Shown here one piece after another: positions 50,406-62,976 of a stretch of DNA of 64,000 nucleotides. Position 1 is the first letter of the stretch. The number at the start of each line of letters is the position of its first letter. The notes beneath the pieces were generated by a model. It made no database searches. It saw only the letters and a list, made by a program, of their open reading frames with translations, and was not told the DNA's origin. This DNA comes from Mobula hypostoma (taxonomy: Eukaryota): positions 10,478,001 to 10,542,000 of the forward strand of contig NC_086110.1 of NCBI RefSeq assembly GCF_963921235.1, written 5' to 3'. The position numbers and the translations under genes are program-made.

Positions 50406-52145
50406 AGTTTCATCCCAGTTGGCTCACATGTCACTGGGCAAACGGCTTGCACCGGGGGCTAATTGTCATTGTTTTGATACTGGGATTTTAATGGAACCCA
50501 TGAATCAGCTGCTGAAAAAGTGTAGAACAAAGTAGTATTTGAATACTGGTTGGTGTAAAACCTTACTAGTAGAACTAGGTTTATCTCCTTTGGCCACAGG
50601 AAATCCCATTCTGCCTGCAGTGACTTATTGACAGTATCTGAAGTTCAATTACAATCTTTTACAGGAAAGAAAGGGCTTTTACAATTGCAACATTCCTCCT
50701 TATTTGTAGCAAAATGTTATTTCCATTTACTGCATGAAGGACCTTTCTTCCTTTCGACTCAATGGCATCAAAAAGAAGATCCTGGGAAAATTTAAATTTT
50801 CTATCTAGTCCTGCTGAATGTTGCCAATTTATTAATATAAGCACACCACTTGAACTTTCAGTGCATCGATATAATTTCATCAAATTGTGGTGTTTCACAT
50901 CTGTTGTTATTGAGTTGATAAAATGGTAGCCACCAGTTTTCCTTTCTCTACACATTGAATGTGTATACTTAAAAGTGTAGAAATAGTTGGAGACAGATCT
51001 TCAGAATAATTGCTGGGGAGAGGTGGCTGTGCCATGCTTGGCAGAGAGAAGTCTCGGATAAGGCAGATTTGGGAACCAGTTGGACTACTGGCCATAGAGG
51101 TTGTTCATAATCCACAAGTGTGCCTGCACAAATGAAACTTGGTGATTTAGGCACTTGGAATTGGTGGGTTTTCTAAGCTTGCCAGTAGGTCCAATTTAGT
51201 CTTGCAGGATTTGGCCTTTTTTACTAGCCAGTGCAGTTGTCTCAAACCTGACTTGAAATTCAGTAATCCATTTCACATACCTAAATAGTTTGATGTTAAA
51301 ATGTAGACAAGAGTTGTTGACTATTCATTGACAAGATGTGACCCCAGTTGATAATGGGAGCACCTGATGTGCTGTTTGTTTAAAACAGATTTTGTTTTTG
51401 TGGACTGATTTTATGAAGTGCTTAAGTTTTTTTTTATATTCTGAAACTGGGTTTCAAACCACTAGTTAAGCAGACTTTATTCAAAATTTATTCTTGAGAA
51501 TTTAAGTGTCTGGTCCAAGATCCAGAAATCCTGGTTGAGAAAACGTAATATATAGCTTAAAAGAAGTTTTCGCTGTTTTCTAAAAGCAGTGAAATTAAGT
51601 TCTGGGCTCATTATTTTAGAGGCAGAGCTGCAGTAAAATCAAAAGTTCTATTGATTTGTGTAAGAAGTGATTTTGCTTATTGCCTCTGTTCTAATTTTAA
51701 CTGTAGTCTGTGTTCTAGATTAAGGGGATAGCATTAAAATGTCTGGTGCAAGTGGTCAAAGGCCCTTTTCTCAAACTTAGACAAGTGCCTCAAAATAACA
51801 GAGCCTGTATCTGTATTTAAAGATGTCCAAGCAGTATTGTTTAAGTTACTGTTGTGCAACAACCCAGCATTTAATGTTCATTGGTGGTTACCACTGCTTA
51901 AAGGAGAGGGGAAAATGGGGTCCTAGACTACCAAGAAGTTCATTTTAAAAGAAAATTCCTCTTGGGTTTGTCTTTACAGTAAGGTGACGGGTATTTTTTT
52001 TTCCTCCGTTATATAATTTACCTCTGAATTGTAAGACCCAGCCTCTGCACCAAAGAATGAGGTTTACTGACCTGGAACACTTCTTATTCCTGTGTGTTTG
52101 AAAGCCTAAATTGATGTTTGTGCAATTTTATCTGGATGAAAGTTC

Positions 52146-52151
52146 AATAAA
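52146..52151 (+). terminator. Candidate distal polyadenylation signal
   Basis: AATAAA at the end of the TE-free tract, with downstream ttgttgtattatttcttt. Confidence 0.55.
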
Positions 52152-52421
52152 ATTTGTTTACAAGTTAGTACATTGTTGTATTATTTCTTTCAGAAACATT
52201 AATTTAATGTGATATGACCTTCAGGATTTTGTGGGGATTTTTCACAATGGACTGCGACCCAATTTTCTATTGATTATAACAAAGCATGTTTAATTTGAAA
52301 GGTGTTAAAAGTTGGAGGGTCCAAAGTTCATTAATTTATTATGGGGCTAAGTAAAAATATCAACCCCTGGGGTACAAAATTACCTATCCAATCGTCTACA
52401 CTGAAATGAATTCATTTTAAA

Positions 52422-52546
52422 CATGAGATTCTCCAGATGCTGGAAATTCAGAGCAATATGCCAAACGCTTGAGGAATTCAGCAGGTTAGGCAACATTATG
52501 GATGGGAATAAACAGTTAACATTTTGAGAAGGCCCTTCATCAGGAT
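52422..52546 (-). mobile_element. Penelope-type terminal repeat remnant
   Basis: cagatgctggaaattcagagcaa..gaggaattcagcagg..cccttcatcagga. Confidence 0.55.
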
Positions 52547-54879
52547 TTGATGGTTTCTTGCAAAATTTTGTAATTTATTGACAGTACAATGCTCTTAACA
52601 TCCCATCATTTGGCAATCTAAACTTGCATCCATCATCTGCAACTACCTCCTAGAAACAGAATGAGGAGCCTGTAAATTCCTGTAAATTTTCCAACTTTTT
52701 TAGATATTAACTCTATGTACAAGAAATTAAGTTCCTTACACTGCTTTGGCTCTTTGTTGGAGATCTAAGACGGTCTGGATGACTCTAATATATTCTCCCA
52801 AGCATACGATTGCAAATTAGTGAATTTGTTCTCTGGACCACATTAGTAATGTGCTTGATCTATATGAAGCCTATAGTCTGAATGTACTGTCTTTACATAG
52901 ATTAAATCTTTTTGTCTCCATTAGCTGCAATTGGAAGACCTATGAGATACCATAATTGTTCTTTTACTTGTTAACTATTATTTTCATCCCTATTGATTTT
53001 TTTGTGATCTTTTATTACTTAATCTCCATTTGTGCCTCTAAGTTCATCTGGTTACAAATGTTTTGTACACTCAGCCACTTCCATTTGGTCATTGATTTTA
53101 ACATTTCCCAATGTTAAATATGCTTGCCCCTTACATTAAATAGGGCTGTAAATCTGAAACATAAGAGCCACATCTTTTGGGAGCAAACATTGCACATGTT
53201 TTTTTGGAATTGGTAAAGATTAAACTATTTTGGTAGTTCAAGACTAATGATTGAGTAAAGTGTGCTATTTCAGAATGTAATTCTTAATGGTGCTGAGAAA
53301 ACAATGTCTTGATGGGTTATAAAATTCAGGCAGTTACCAAGATGTATAATGGTCTAAATTTTTTGGGACTTACTGGACCTTTTAATTGTGCCCCAAAATT
53401 AGATAATGTATTTTCATTATTAAAGTGCTATCCAGCAGAAAATGATTTTACCTGGAATAAAGTGCAATTGTAGCTATGTTTTCACCACCCTTGAAATTTG
53501 ATTGGCTACTTTTCGTATGACCCAACTACATCCTGTCATGCATACTTGTACAACCACGATATAATCTGGAGCTAAATCCATCCAATGTTCACAAAATGCT
53601 GGAGAGAATCATTCTTTCCAATGCTGTATATTGCATTGTACTGCTGCAAAGCAACCACATGCCAGTGGTATTAAACCTGAGTCTGACTTCTCAGGTTTAC
53701 GCATATCATTAACCATCCTAACTGATTATCCTGTCAGTCAAAGCTGGGTGCACACTGAGGGACGGCAGTCAAGGTAGGAAACCTGCTCCAAAAGAAACAG
53801 CATGAAACTGGCAGAAAAAGAACAACATGCCGTATCACAGGAGTGAGACTTTGACACACCTCTAAAACTAGAGGATTAACCTGGATTATATCACCTTTTA
53901 AAACAAGATCATTTAATCGAGGGCTAAAGGCCCCATACTCTGCTATACTGTTCTATTTCTATTACAAACATCATGTGGCCTTACTACTCATTCCATTTTC
54001 AATCATCACATCTCCAAATGACAGGCAATTATAAAATGGGATCTAACCCCTCACTGCAAATCTGTTGAAAGGGTGAAATCAGGTGCATAGGAATGCCTGT
54101 TATGCTCTGTCACACACATTGCTGCCTCCCTAAACACTACTGACACACAGCCTTGAACATCTATTAAAGTTCAGTGGTTTTTAATGTTCAGTTGTACTGG
54201 GGAGCATTATAACATTTGGAAAGCTTGTTTTTTGCTACTGCCTTCATTCAAAAGCAAGACGATGCATGTGGTAAGGAAAATGTCATGTGACTTGTGAATC
54301 CAATGTGCAGATTTTTTTTTGATCTGCTTTGGCAATGCCATGGAGTATGTACCCTATTTGGCCTTTTCAATAAAGCATTAATAACAGAGGTGAAAGTAAT
54401 AAAGTCATTCTAGTTTGAATGAGAGGAGCGCAGCAAAATAACTCAGTAGATAAGTGAAATAATACATGGTCAAGCCTTACACTGACACTATGGTGGCCAT
54501 AGTGGGTCAACAGTGTAATAACTTGTCTATTCCTTTCAATATCTGGGACATGGAAGCATGTTGCAGCAGCATCACTCCCCCTTATAACTGAAATGTCACA
54601 GATCTGGAAGTGGAACTTTAGAATAAACCATTAAACTTTTGTTAGCTCTATTCTATGGAGCTAACAATTCTATTCCCTTATCTCTATTCTATCTGTGCTG
54701 AAGGGTGCAATTATTCTGTTTGTCCTGTTGACAGCAGCCTACAAATGTATAGCTGCTGTAAAGTAATGCAAAATCCAGGATGCTACAAAGCCATTATTGA
54801 AAACAATCACATCAAACAAAGAACCTGGGAAACCAGAATTGGTTTTAGAAAGCTGTTAAATTGGGAGACCGTATAGGAT

Positions 54880-55161
54880 GTTGGCGCATGGCCAAGTGGT
54901 TAAGGCATTCGTCTAGTGATTTGAAGGTCGTTAGTTCAAGCCTTAGCTGAGGCAGCGTGTGTGTCCTTGAGCAAGGCACTTAACCACACCAAGCTGCATG
55001 GGTCCTAAATACCCTTCCCTTGGACAACATCGATGGTGTGGAGAGGGGAGATGTACAGCATAGGCAACTGCTGGTCTTCCATACAAACCTTGCCCAGGCC
55101 TGCACCCTGGAAACTTTCCAAGGTGCAAATCCATGGCCTCATGAGACTAATGGATGCCTAT
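54880..55161 (+). mobile_element. tRNA-derived SINE with CORE-like domain, full length
   Basis: A box TGGCCAAGTGG 54889-54899; B box GTTCAAGCC 54934-54942; tgtgtccttgagcaaggcacttaacc; TSD TATAGGAT 54872-54879 and 55162-55169. Confidence 0.85.
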
Positions 55162-55778
55162 TATAGGATAAGATAATAAGCAAATGAGACAGATTGAGTT
55201 TGAGGTTTGCAAGAGCACAAATTTGACAAGTTACCATGTAGGAAAGTATCAAAATAGTCAAAACTTCCAGCAACAAAGAGTTGCAGAAACTCATTTATTG
55301 TTGGAACAAATGTAGATGAGCAGAAGGGCCTGGAGTGTGAGTAGGGGTAATTGGCAATGGAAGCAATATGTGGCAGAAACCATGGTTCTATGTCAGCTAT
55401 AGCTAGACTGCAAAAATTCTGGCTCTACTTTGGACAACTTCCTGGTGACCCAGCAGCTGATTTACTTGTCCAAGGACCAAGAACAGTGGCTTTAGTCTGT
55501 TAGGGTGTATTCTGAAGTTAGGGTATATAGCAAATATTAATTTCAACAGCCACCTGTCTTCAGCTCTGAATATGGATTGTAGATTGAATTTAAAATGCAG
55601 CTCACAACAATGGTCTTCCTGGAGGTGCATCTCAGGATAAATTGCAGACCAGGAAATACCCAAGTGACCGGCGATGTCCGCATGTGCATGAATGCAGCTC
55701 AGATTAACGCTCATTGGGTTGGTGTGAAGACCTGGATGTTTGAAACTGTGCAACTCAAAGGAAGCACTATGAATACAT

Positions 55779-56150
55779 TGTAGCTATAGAGATAGTGATG
55801 TGATATTGAGATGAAGGAGGCCTGTTCTTCCCAGAGTGTCTGCAGTATGATGCCTGCTTGTGTGCTGAATAAAGACTTCTATATTACTAGCTTCAGTGTG
55901 TCTCCATTCACAGTCACAACATTTGGGGGCTGGTTGGGGATATGTTCGTATTCCATCATGTGGGCAGTGAGTGAGTATTTTAAGATAGGCATGCACGCTT
56001 GGATCTTTTCGGGTTGCTTGACCACAGGATCATGAACACGGCGGAGAGCTGAACTGATAGATATAAAAGTAGTGTAGTGTGCATACGTGTATGTAAGAGG
56101 CTAGATGTTATTGTGTAATTTTGTGAGATAGGACAACCAGTTGTGAAAGG
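55779..56150 (+). mobile_element. Candidate LTR end, PBS and leader of an endogenous retrovirus/LTR element
   Basis: TGT..AATAAA (55868-55873)..ACA (55921), then TT and TGGGGGCTGGTTGGGGAT (55924-55941), 15/18 to the tRNA-Pro PBS. Confidence 0.5.
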
Positions 56151-56380
56151 TTGTTACAGTTTGGGACACTGGCGGGGGTTAGATTTATACTCATTCGAGG
56201 AATTGTATGGTAGCAGACAGACAATCAACAGTCCTTACCACAAATGGTTTACATTTGGGGAAACAGTGTGCTGGGGCAGTCCGCAAGTGTTGCCACACAT
56301 GCTGGTGCCAATAAAACATGCCGAACACAACAAGCAACAGCAAAACCAAGCCCCTTTCCTCCCACTTACATAAACAGTCC

Positions 56381-57806
56381 TTTAAAAAAGGAGGGAGAGA
56401 GAAACCGGGGAATTATAGACCGGTTAGCCTAACGTCGGTGGTGGGGAAACTGCTGGAGTCAGTTATCAAGGATGTGATAACAGCACATTTGGAAAGCGGT
56501 GAAATCATCGGACAAAGTCAGCATGGATTTGTGAAAGGAAAATCATGTCTGACGAATCTCATAGAATTTTTTGAGGATGTAACTAGTAGAGTGGATAGGG
56601 GAGAACCAGTGGATGTGGTATATTTGGATTTTCAAAAGGCTTTTGACAAGGTCCCACACAGGAGATTAGTGTGCAAACTTAAAGCACACGGTATTGGGGG
56701 TAAGGTATTGATGTGGGTGGAGAATTGGTTAGCAGACAGGAAGCAAAGAGTGGGAATAAACGGGACCTTTTCAGAATGGCAGGCGGTGACTAGTGGGGTA
56801 CCGCAAGGCTCAGTGCTGGGACCCCAGTTGTTTACAATATATATTAATGACTTGGATGAGGGAATTAAATGCAGCATCTCCAAGTTTGCGGATGACACAA
56901 AGCTGGGTGGCAGTGTTAGCTGTGAGGAGGATGCAGGGTGACTTGGATAGGTTGGGTGAGTGGGCAAATTCATGGCAGATGCAATTTAATGTGGATAAAT
57001 GTGAAGTTATCCACTTTGGTGGCAAAAATAGGAAAACAGATTATTATCTGAATGGTGGCCGATTAGGAAAAGGGGAGGTGCAACGAGACCTGGGTGTCAT
57101 TATACACCAGTCATTGAAAGTGGGCATGCAGGTACAGCAGGTGGTGAAAAAGGCGAATGGTATGCTGGCATTTATAGTGAGAGGATTCGAGTACAGGAGC
57201 AGGGAGGTACTACTGCAGTTGTACAAGGCCTTGGTGAGACCACACCTGGAGTATTGTGTGTAGTTTTGCTCCCCTAATCTGAGGAAAGACATCCTTGCCT
57301 TAGAGGGAGTACAAAGAAGGTTCAGCAGATTGATTCCTGGGATGGCAGGACTTTCATATGAAGAAAGACTGGATGAACTGGGCTTGTACTCGTTGGAATT
57401 TAGAAGATTGAGGGGGGATCTGATTGAAACGTATAAGATCCTAAAGGGATTGGGCAGGCTAGTTGCAGGAAGATTGTTCCCGATGTTGGGGAAGTCCAGA
57501 ACGAGGGGCCACAGTTTGAGGATAGAGGGGAAGCCTTTTAGGACCGAGATTAGGAAAACCTTCTTCACACAGAGAGTGGTGAATCTGTGGAATTCTCTGC
57601 CACAGGAAACAGTTGAGGCCAGTTCATTGGCTATGTTTAAGAGGGAGTTAGATATGGCCCTTGTGGCTACGGGGGTCAGGGGGTGTGGAGGGAAGGCTGG
57701 GGCGGGGTTCTGAGTTAGATGATCAGCCATGATCATAATAAATGGCGGTGCAGGCTCGAAGGGCTGAATGGCCTACTCCTGCACCTATTTTCTATGTTTC
57801 TATGTT
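56381..57806 (+). mobile_element. Young 5'-truncated CR1 (RT to 3' end)
   Basis: [54 protein letters not shown]; one frameshift near 56935 and a stop at 57261-57263; tail (ttctatgt)n. Confidence 0.95.
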
Positions 57807-58094
57807 TAACTTGAAGATAGGCCTCCAGCCTTCAGCAGACACTGGACTGCGGCCTCCCCAGTGGATCTGCAGACTCGGAGATCAACTCCCAGACTAACGA
57901 TTTGACCCTGGGCCTCAATTCCTGTCAACTTAATTTCCCAATTCTGGCCAGAACAGGATGCCTCCTCTGTTTCCAAGGTTTTCTTCAAAATGCACTCCAT
58001 TTATGGAAGCAAATACTGGGAGCCACTAGGTCTGGTACACTGACTGCCAGGTCATAAGGACCAGGATTACCAGGCCATTGGCACTCTCTCTCCA

Positions 58095-61000
58095 CAGTAT
58101 CCCCATCCTTCCTGTAGTGAGTTTACCAGAACACAATACTCTAAGTGGGGTCTAAGCTCTTATAGCTGTAATTTTACCTCTCGGCTCTTGAACTCAATCC
58201 TATGGTTGATGAAGGCCAACATGTTCATCATAAGGCTTCTTAACAACACTGTCATGAGTGGCACAGAGTCCAAGATATCTCTGATCCTCCACACTTCCCA
58301 GAGTCTTACCATTAATATTCTGTCTTCAAATTTGATCTACGAAAATGAGCCGCTTCACGCTTAACTGGGTTGACCTCCATTTGCCACTCCTCAGCCCACT
58401 TCTGCATCCTATTCATGTACTGCTGTAACCTCTGACAATCCTAACTTTTGTGTCATCAGCAAACTTACTAACCCACTTACTTCTTCATCCAGGTCATTTT
58501 TAAAAATCACAAAGAGGAGGGGGTCCCAGAACAGATCCCTGCAGAACACCACTGGTCATCGACCTCCATGCAGAATACAAACCATCTACAACCACCCTTT
58601 GCCTTCTGTGGGCAAGTCAATTCTAGATCCACAAAGCAAGGTCTCCTTGGATCCCATGCCTCCTTCCTTTCTAAATGAGACATCAAATGCCTTACTGAAA
58701 TCCATTGGCACTACATCCATTGGCCTACCTTCATCAATATGTTTTGTTACATCCTCAAAGAATTCAATCAAGCTCATAAGGCACAACCTGCCCTTCACAA
58801 AGTCATACTGACCATCCCAAATCAGATTATATTTCTCCAAAATGCTCATAAATACTGCTTCTCAGGATCTTCTCTAACTTACCCACCACTGAAGACTCAC
58901 TGGCCTATAATTTCCTGGGTTATCCACTACTTTTCTTGAACAAAGGAACAACATTTGCAACCCTTCAATCCTCTGGTATTTCTCTTGTCCCTATTGATGA
59001 TGCAAAGATCATTGCCAGAGAATCAGCAATCTCGTCCCTTGCTTCCCACAGTAGCCTGGGGTACATCTCGTCCAAGCTTAGTGACTTACCTAATGTAACG
59101 CTTTTCAAAAGCTCCAGCACATCCTCTTTCTTAATGTCTATCATACTCAAGTGTTTCAGTCCACTGTAAGTCATCCGCACAATTGCCAAGGTCCTTTTCC
59201 CTGATGAATACTGAAGCAAAGTATTCATTAAGTATCTCCTCCAACTCCATGCATACATTTCCACTATTGCACCTGATTGGTCCTATTCTCACACGGCTCA
59301 CTCATCCTCCTGCTCTTCACCTTCTTGTAGAATGCCTTGGGTTTTCCTTAATCCTGCTCACCAAGGCCTTCTCATGGGCCCTTCTAGTTCTCCCAATTTC
59401 ATTCTTGAGTTCCTTCCTGGCACCTTTGTAATTTTCTACCCCAATTAAATGTTTTCCCAAATTGTCTGCTCTTATCCCTCTCCAGCGCTACGGTTAAGGA
59501 GAGAGTTGTGATCACTACCTCCAAAATGCTCTTCCACCGAGAGATCTGACACCTGACCAGGTTCACTTCCCAATACCAGATCAGTACAGCCTCTCCTCTA
59601 GTTGGCTTAACTACATATTAAGTCAGAAAACCTGCCTGAACACACTTAATAAATGTCATCCTATCCAAACCCCTTGGTCTAAGGAGATGCTAGTCAATAT
59701 CAGGAAAGTTAAAATCACCCATCACAACAACCCTATTATTATTGCACCATTCTAGAATCTACCTCCCTATCTGCTCCTTGATGTCTCCGTTACTATTGGG
59801 GAGTCTATAAAAAGACCCAGTAGAATTATTGCTCGCTCCCTGTTTCTGATTTCCACCCACAATGACTGAGTAGACAATCCTTCCATGACTTCCACCTTAT
59901 CTGCAGACGTGATGCTATCCCTGATTATCAATGCTACTCCCCCACCTTTTTTGCCTTCCTCACTGTCCTTTTTGAAACATCTAAAGCCTGGTACACTTAG
60001 CCCCTGAGACATCCAAGTCTCTGTAATGGCCACAACATTATATTTCCATGTTTTGATCCATGCTCTGTTCAGCTGCCTTGTTTATGATACTCCTTGCATT
60101 AAAATAGACACATCTCAAACTATCTGGCTGAGTGCATCTTTGCTCTATCATCTGCCTATCCTTCCTCACAAACTCCCTACAAGCTGTCGCTACTTGTGTG
60201 CCAACCACCCCATCCTCTGCCTCTTCACTTTGCTTCCCACCTACCTGCAAATGTAGTTTAAACCCTCCTCGATAGTTTGAGCAAACTTCCCTCCCAGGAT
60301 ATTGGTTCCCTTCCAGTTCAGGTGCAACCTGCCCCACTTATATAGGTCACCCCTTCCCCAGAAAACTTGAAACCATCTTGCATCATCTCCTCAGACACTC
60401 ATTCATCTGCACTATCTTCCTATTCTGACCCTTCCTAACTCCCTAAACTTAGTGCCCAGGATCTCTATCTCTCCCCTGCTTATGTCATTGGTACTAATAT
60501 GAACCATGACTTCTGGCTGTGCACCCTCCCCTTCAAGAATATTCTGCAACTGCTCAGAAACTTCCAGGACTCTAGCACCCAGGACGTAACACACTATCTT
60601 GGTGTCTCTTTTGCTGCCGCAGAATCTCCTGTCTGTCCCCCTAACTATTGAGTCCCCTATCCTACCTTTCTAAGGCTCAGAGCCGACCACAGTGCTATTG
60701 GTCTGGCTGCTGCTGCCTTGCTCGGATAGGTCATCCCCCTCAGCAGTATCTAAAGGGTACTTGTTGCTGAGGGGAATGGCCACAGGGGACCCTGCACTGA
60801 CTTCTTTTTCCCTTTACCTCTCTCGGTGTTCACCAATTTACTCCCTGAATTCTGCACTCTGGGTGTAACCACCTGCTCAAAAGCCTTCCAGCTGATCCTG
60901 AGTTCATCCCACTCCAGCTCCAGCTCCTTAATGCAGTCTTTCATGAGCTGGAGTTGGCTGCATTTCCCACAGGTGTTGTCATCAGAGAGACCATTGGGTT

Positions 61001-61210
61001 CCATGAATTCCCAAATACTACAGGAGGAGTATTCCACTGTCATAGCTGCCATTCTGCCTGCACTGTACTATGCACAACCAAGACCAAGTCAGCAATAACG
61101 AAAGGAAAAACCTACCCTTCTTACCTCTTTCTTTGGCCTCAGCCTCTTCTCATCGAAGCCTTTTGAGCCAAAGCCACTGTTCCCTCTCTGACTCTAGCCC
61201 CCACTCCGCT
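58095..61210 (-). mobile_element. CR1 with ORF1 and ORF2, degenerate, lacking the 3' end
   Basis: ORF1 Cys/leucine-zipper region (TCGKCSQLQLMKDCIKELELE) and esterase-like motif (QPEVMVHISTNDI); ORF2 LRCVYFNARSI, AITETW, RT motifs. Confidence 0.9.
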
Positions 61211-62009
61211 AGACCCTATCTCTCTTTTGTGGTTTAAAAAATAAGAAAACCCCCATGCAAGGAGAAAGAAATCACTGCATTTGGTGGTGCTCTGCCTGCC
61301 TTCTGATGCCTCTGACGCTTCTCACACCTGCACACTGACTACTATTGGAACATTTATGGCCACTTTGTACCTGCATCCACTACTACTGCAAAATCTGTGC
61401 CCATGAATGATCCTGTAAAATCCACATGAATCCTCTGCCAGATTAATGCAGGCCATTCCCAGGGATGGAGAGGTGCTGTTCTTGGCATCTTCTGGACGAG
61501 TTGGCATACCAAACAGTGCACGGTGAGCTGCTCAATCAGTTGATCTGTCCCAAGGCCACCAGACAAAAGTTTGAGGCAACTCTTTCATTTTGTATCAGCT
61601 TGAATGATACAATAACTCTCAGTCCCCACATAAGACAACTTCCGTCAAGGGCAAGTTCATCTTGGCTCTGGTAAAAAGGGGGAACTGGAGTTCCTGCTGC
61701 ACATTCCAGCCATGTAGACCTGAGTCAGTATGGTGTCTTTAATGGTTTCCCTTTGGATAATCTTTGCCATAATTGGGAGACTTTTGATTTGCATGAGGAA
61801 GAATATGTCCAGAGGAGTGTCCTCTTTTGTAAATTTTTCAGGTATTTCCTTTTCCGAAGGTAAATGGGGCATCTATTAGCATTTCTATGAAAATGTCCTC
61901 TTGAATTCGATCTTGTAATTGTGTCCTCCAAGAAACTGACCCCATCTTGCATTTGTAATGCTGCTGTCGGTAGAACAGACTTCTGTGGATTTGAATGGAC
62001 ACTAGTGGT

Positions 62010-62103
62010 CCTGACGAAGGGTCTCGGCCTGAAACATCGACTGCACCTCTTCCTATAGATGCTGCTTGGCCTGCTGCGTTCACCAGCAACTTTGATGTAT
62101 GTT
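62010..62103 (+). mobile_element. 94-bp Penelope-type terminal repeat insertion with hammerhead-like core
   Basis: Perfect 9-bp TSD ACTAGTGGT 62001-62009 and 62104-62112; CTGACGA..GAAA boxes. Confidence 0.75.
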
Positions 62104-62738
62104 ACTAGTGGTTGATGATCAGTAATGAGGGTATAAACCCTCCCATACAAGCACTGGTTGAAAGGTTTAACACCCCATAACAGACTCAAGGGCTCTCTAT
62201 CAATTTATGCATAATTTTTCTCTGCAGCAGCGAGGGAACGTGATGGGAAGGCAATAGGGTGTTCACTTCCATTACTCATAATATATGACATGACTGCTCC
62301 TAATGTATACCATAAGGTGAGGTGCCACTGGATCATGTGGATCATAATGTGTGAGTACAGTATCTGACGTCACCATTTCCTTTGCCTTTTGGAAGGTCAT
62401 CTCACACTGCTTTGTCCATTGCCATTTCTTCCCAATCCATAGTAATGAGTTCAAGGGTGGAGTACAGTAGCCAGGTTTGTCAGAAACCTGTTTTAGTAAT
62501 TGACAGATCCTAAAAAGAACCACAATTGTGACATGTCCTTTGGCCTTGGGGTATCCACTACTGCTTGAATTTTCTCAACATTTTGTGTAAATCTTGCATG
62601 TCAATGGTATGACCACAGTAAGTCATGCTTGGTTTAAAGAATTCACACTTATTGCATCATATTTTGAGCCTATAATCTTCTTATCTTTTTAACAGTGTTG
62701 TGAGATTTTGGAGATGTTCCTTGTCTTCCTTACTGGTA

Positions 62739-62976
62739 GGAAGGGAAGGGAATGTCGACTCAGACCATGAGAGGCCTGCATCGGGTATTTTCACGCCTTA
62801 CAAGGCGCAGATTGGAAGTCTGTGTGGGGCACCACTCCTCGCACAGACTAGAGCAATGTGTGATTAAGTGCCTTGCTCAGGGACACAAACTTGCTGCCCC
62901 AGCAGAGGCTCGAACTAGCGACCTTGAGATCACTAAACGAATGCCTTAACCACTTGGCCATGTGCCCACACAATTG
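62739..62976 (-). mobile_element. tRNA-derived SINE with CORE-like domain
   Basis: Same head as the 54880 SINE; TSD TTACTGGTA 62730-62738 and 62977-62985; (ttccc)n tail. Confidence 0.85.

Larger units (their letters stand above)
46809..52170 (+). other. Putative long 3' UTR of the TRIM71-like gene
   Basis: No recognisable TE for ~5.3 kb after the stop; multiple let-7 and miR-125 seed matches; AATAAA 52146-52151 followed by U/GU-rich sequence; TE remnants resume at ~52420. Confidence 0.65.

Noticed and set aside
49316-51154. Short ORFs in the 3' UTR, including 150 aa at 49366-49818 (-)
   Set aside because: No recognisable motifs and no supporting exon structure; consistent with chance.
52643-52649. 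let-7 7mer CTACCTC
   Set aside because: Downstream of the likely distal poly(A) signal and of a TE remnant; probably outside the mRNA.
54880-54950. tRNA-like sequence (also 62900-62970)
   Set aside because: SINE heads with TSDs and tails, not tRNA genes.
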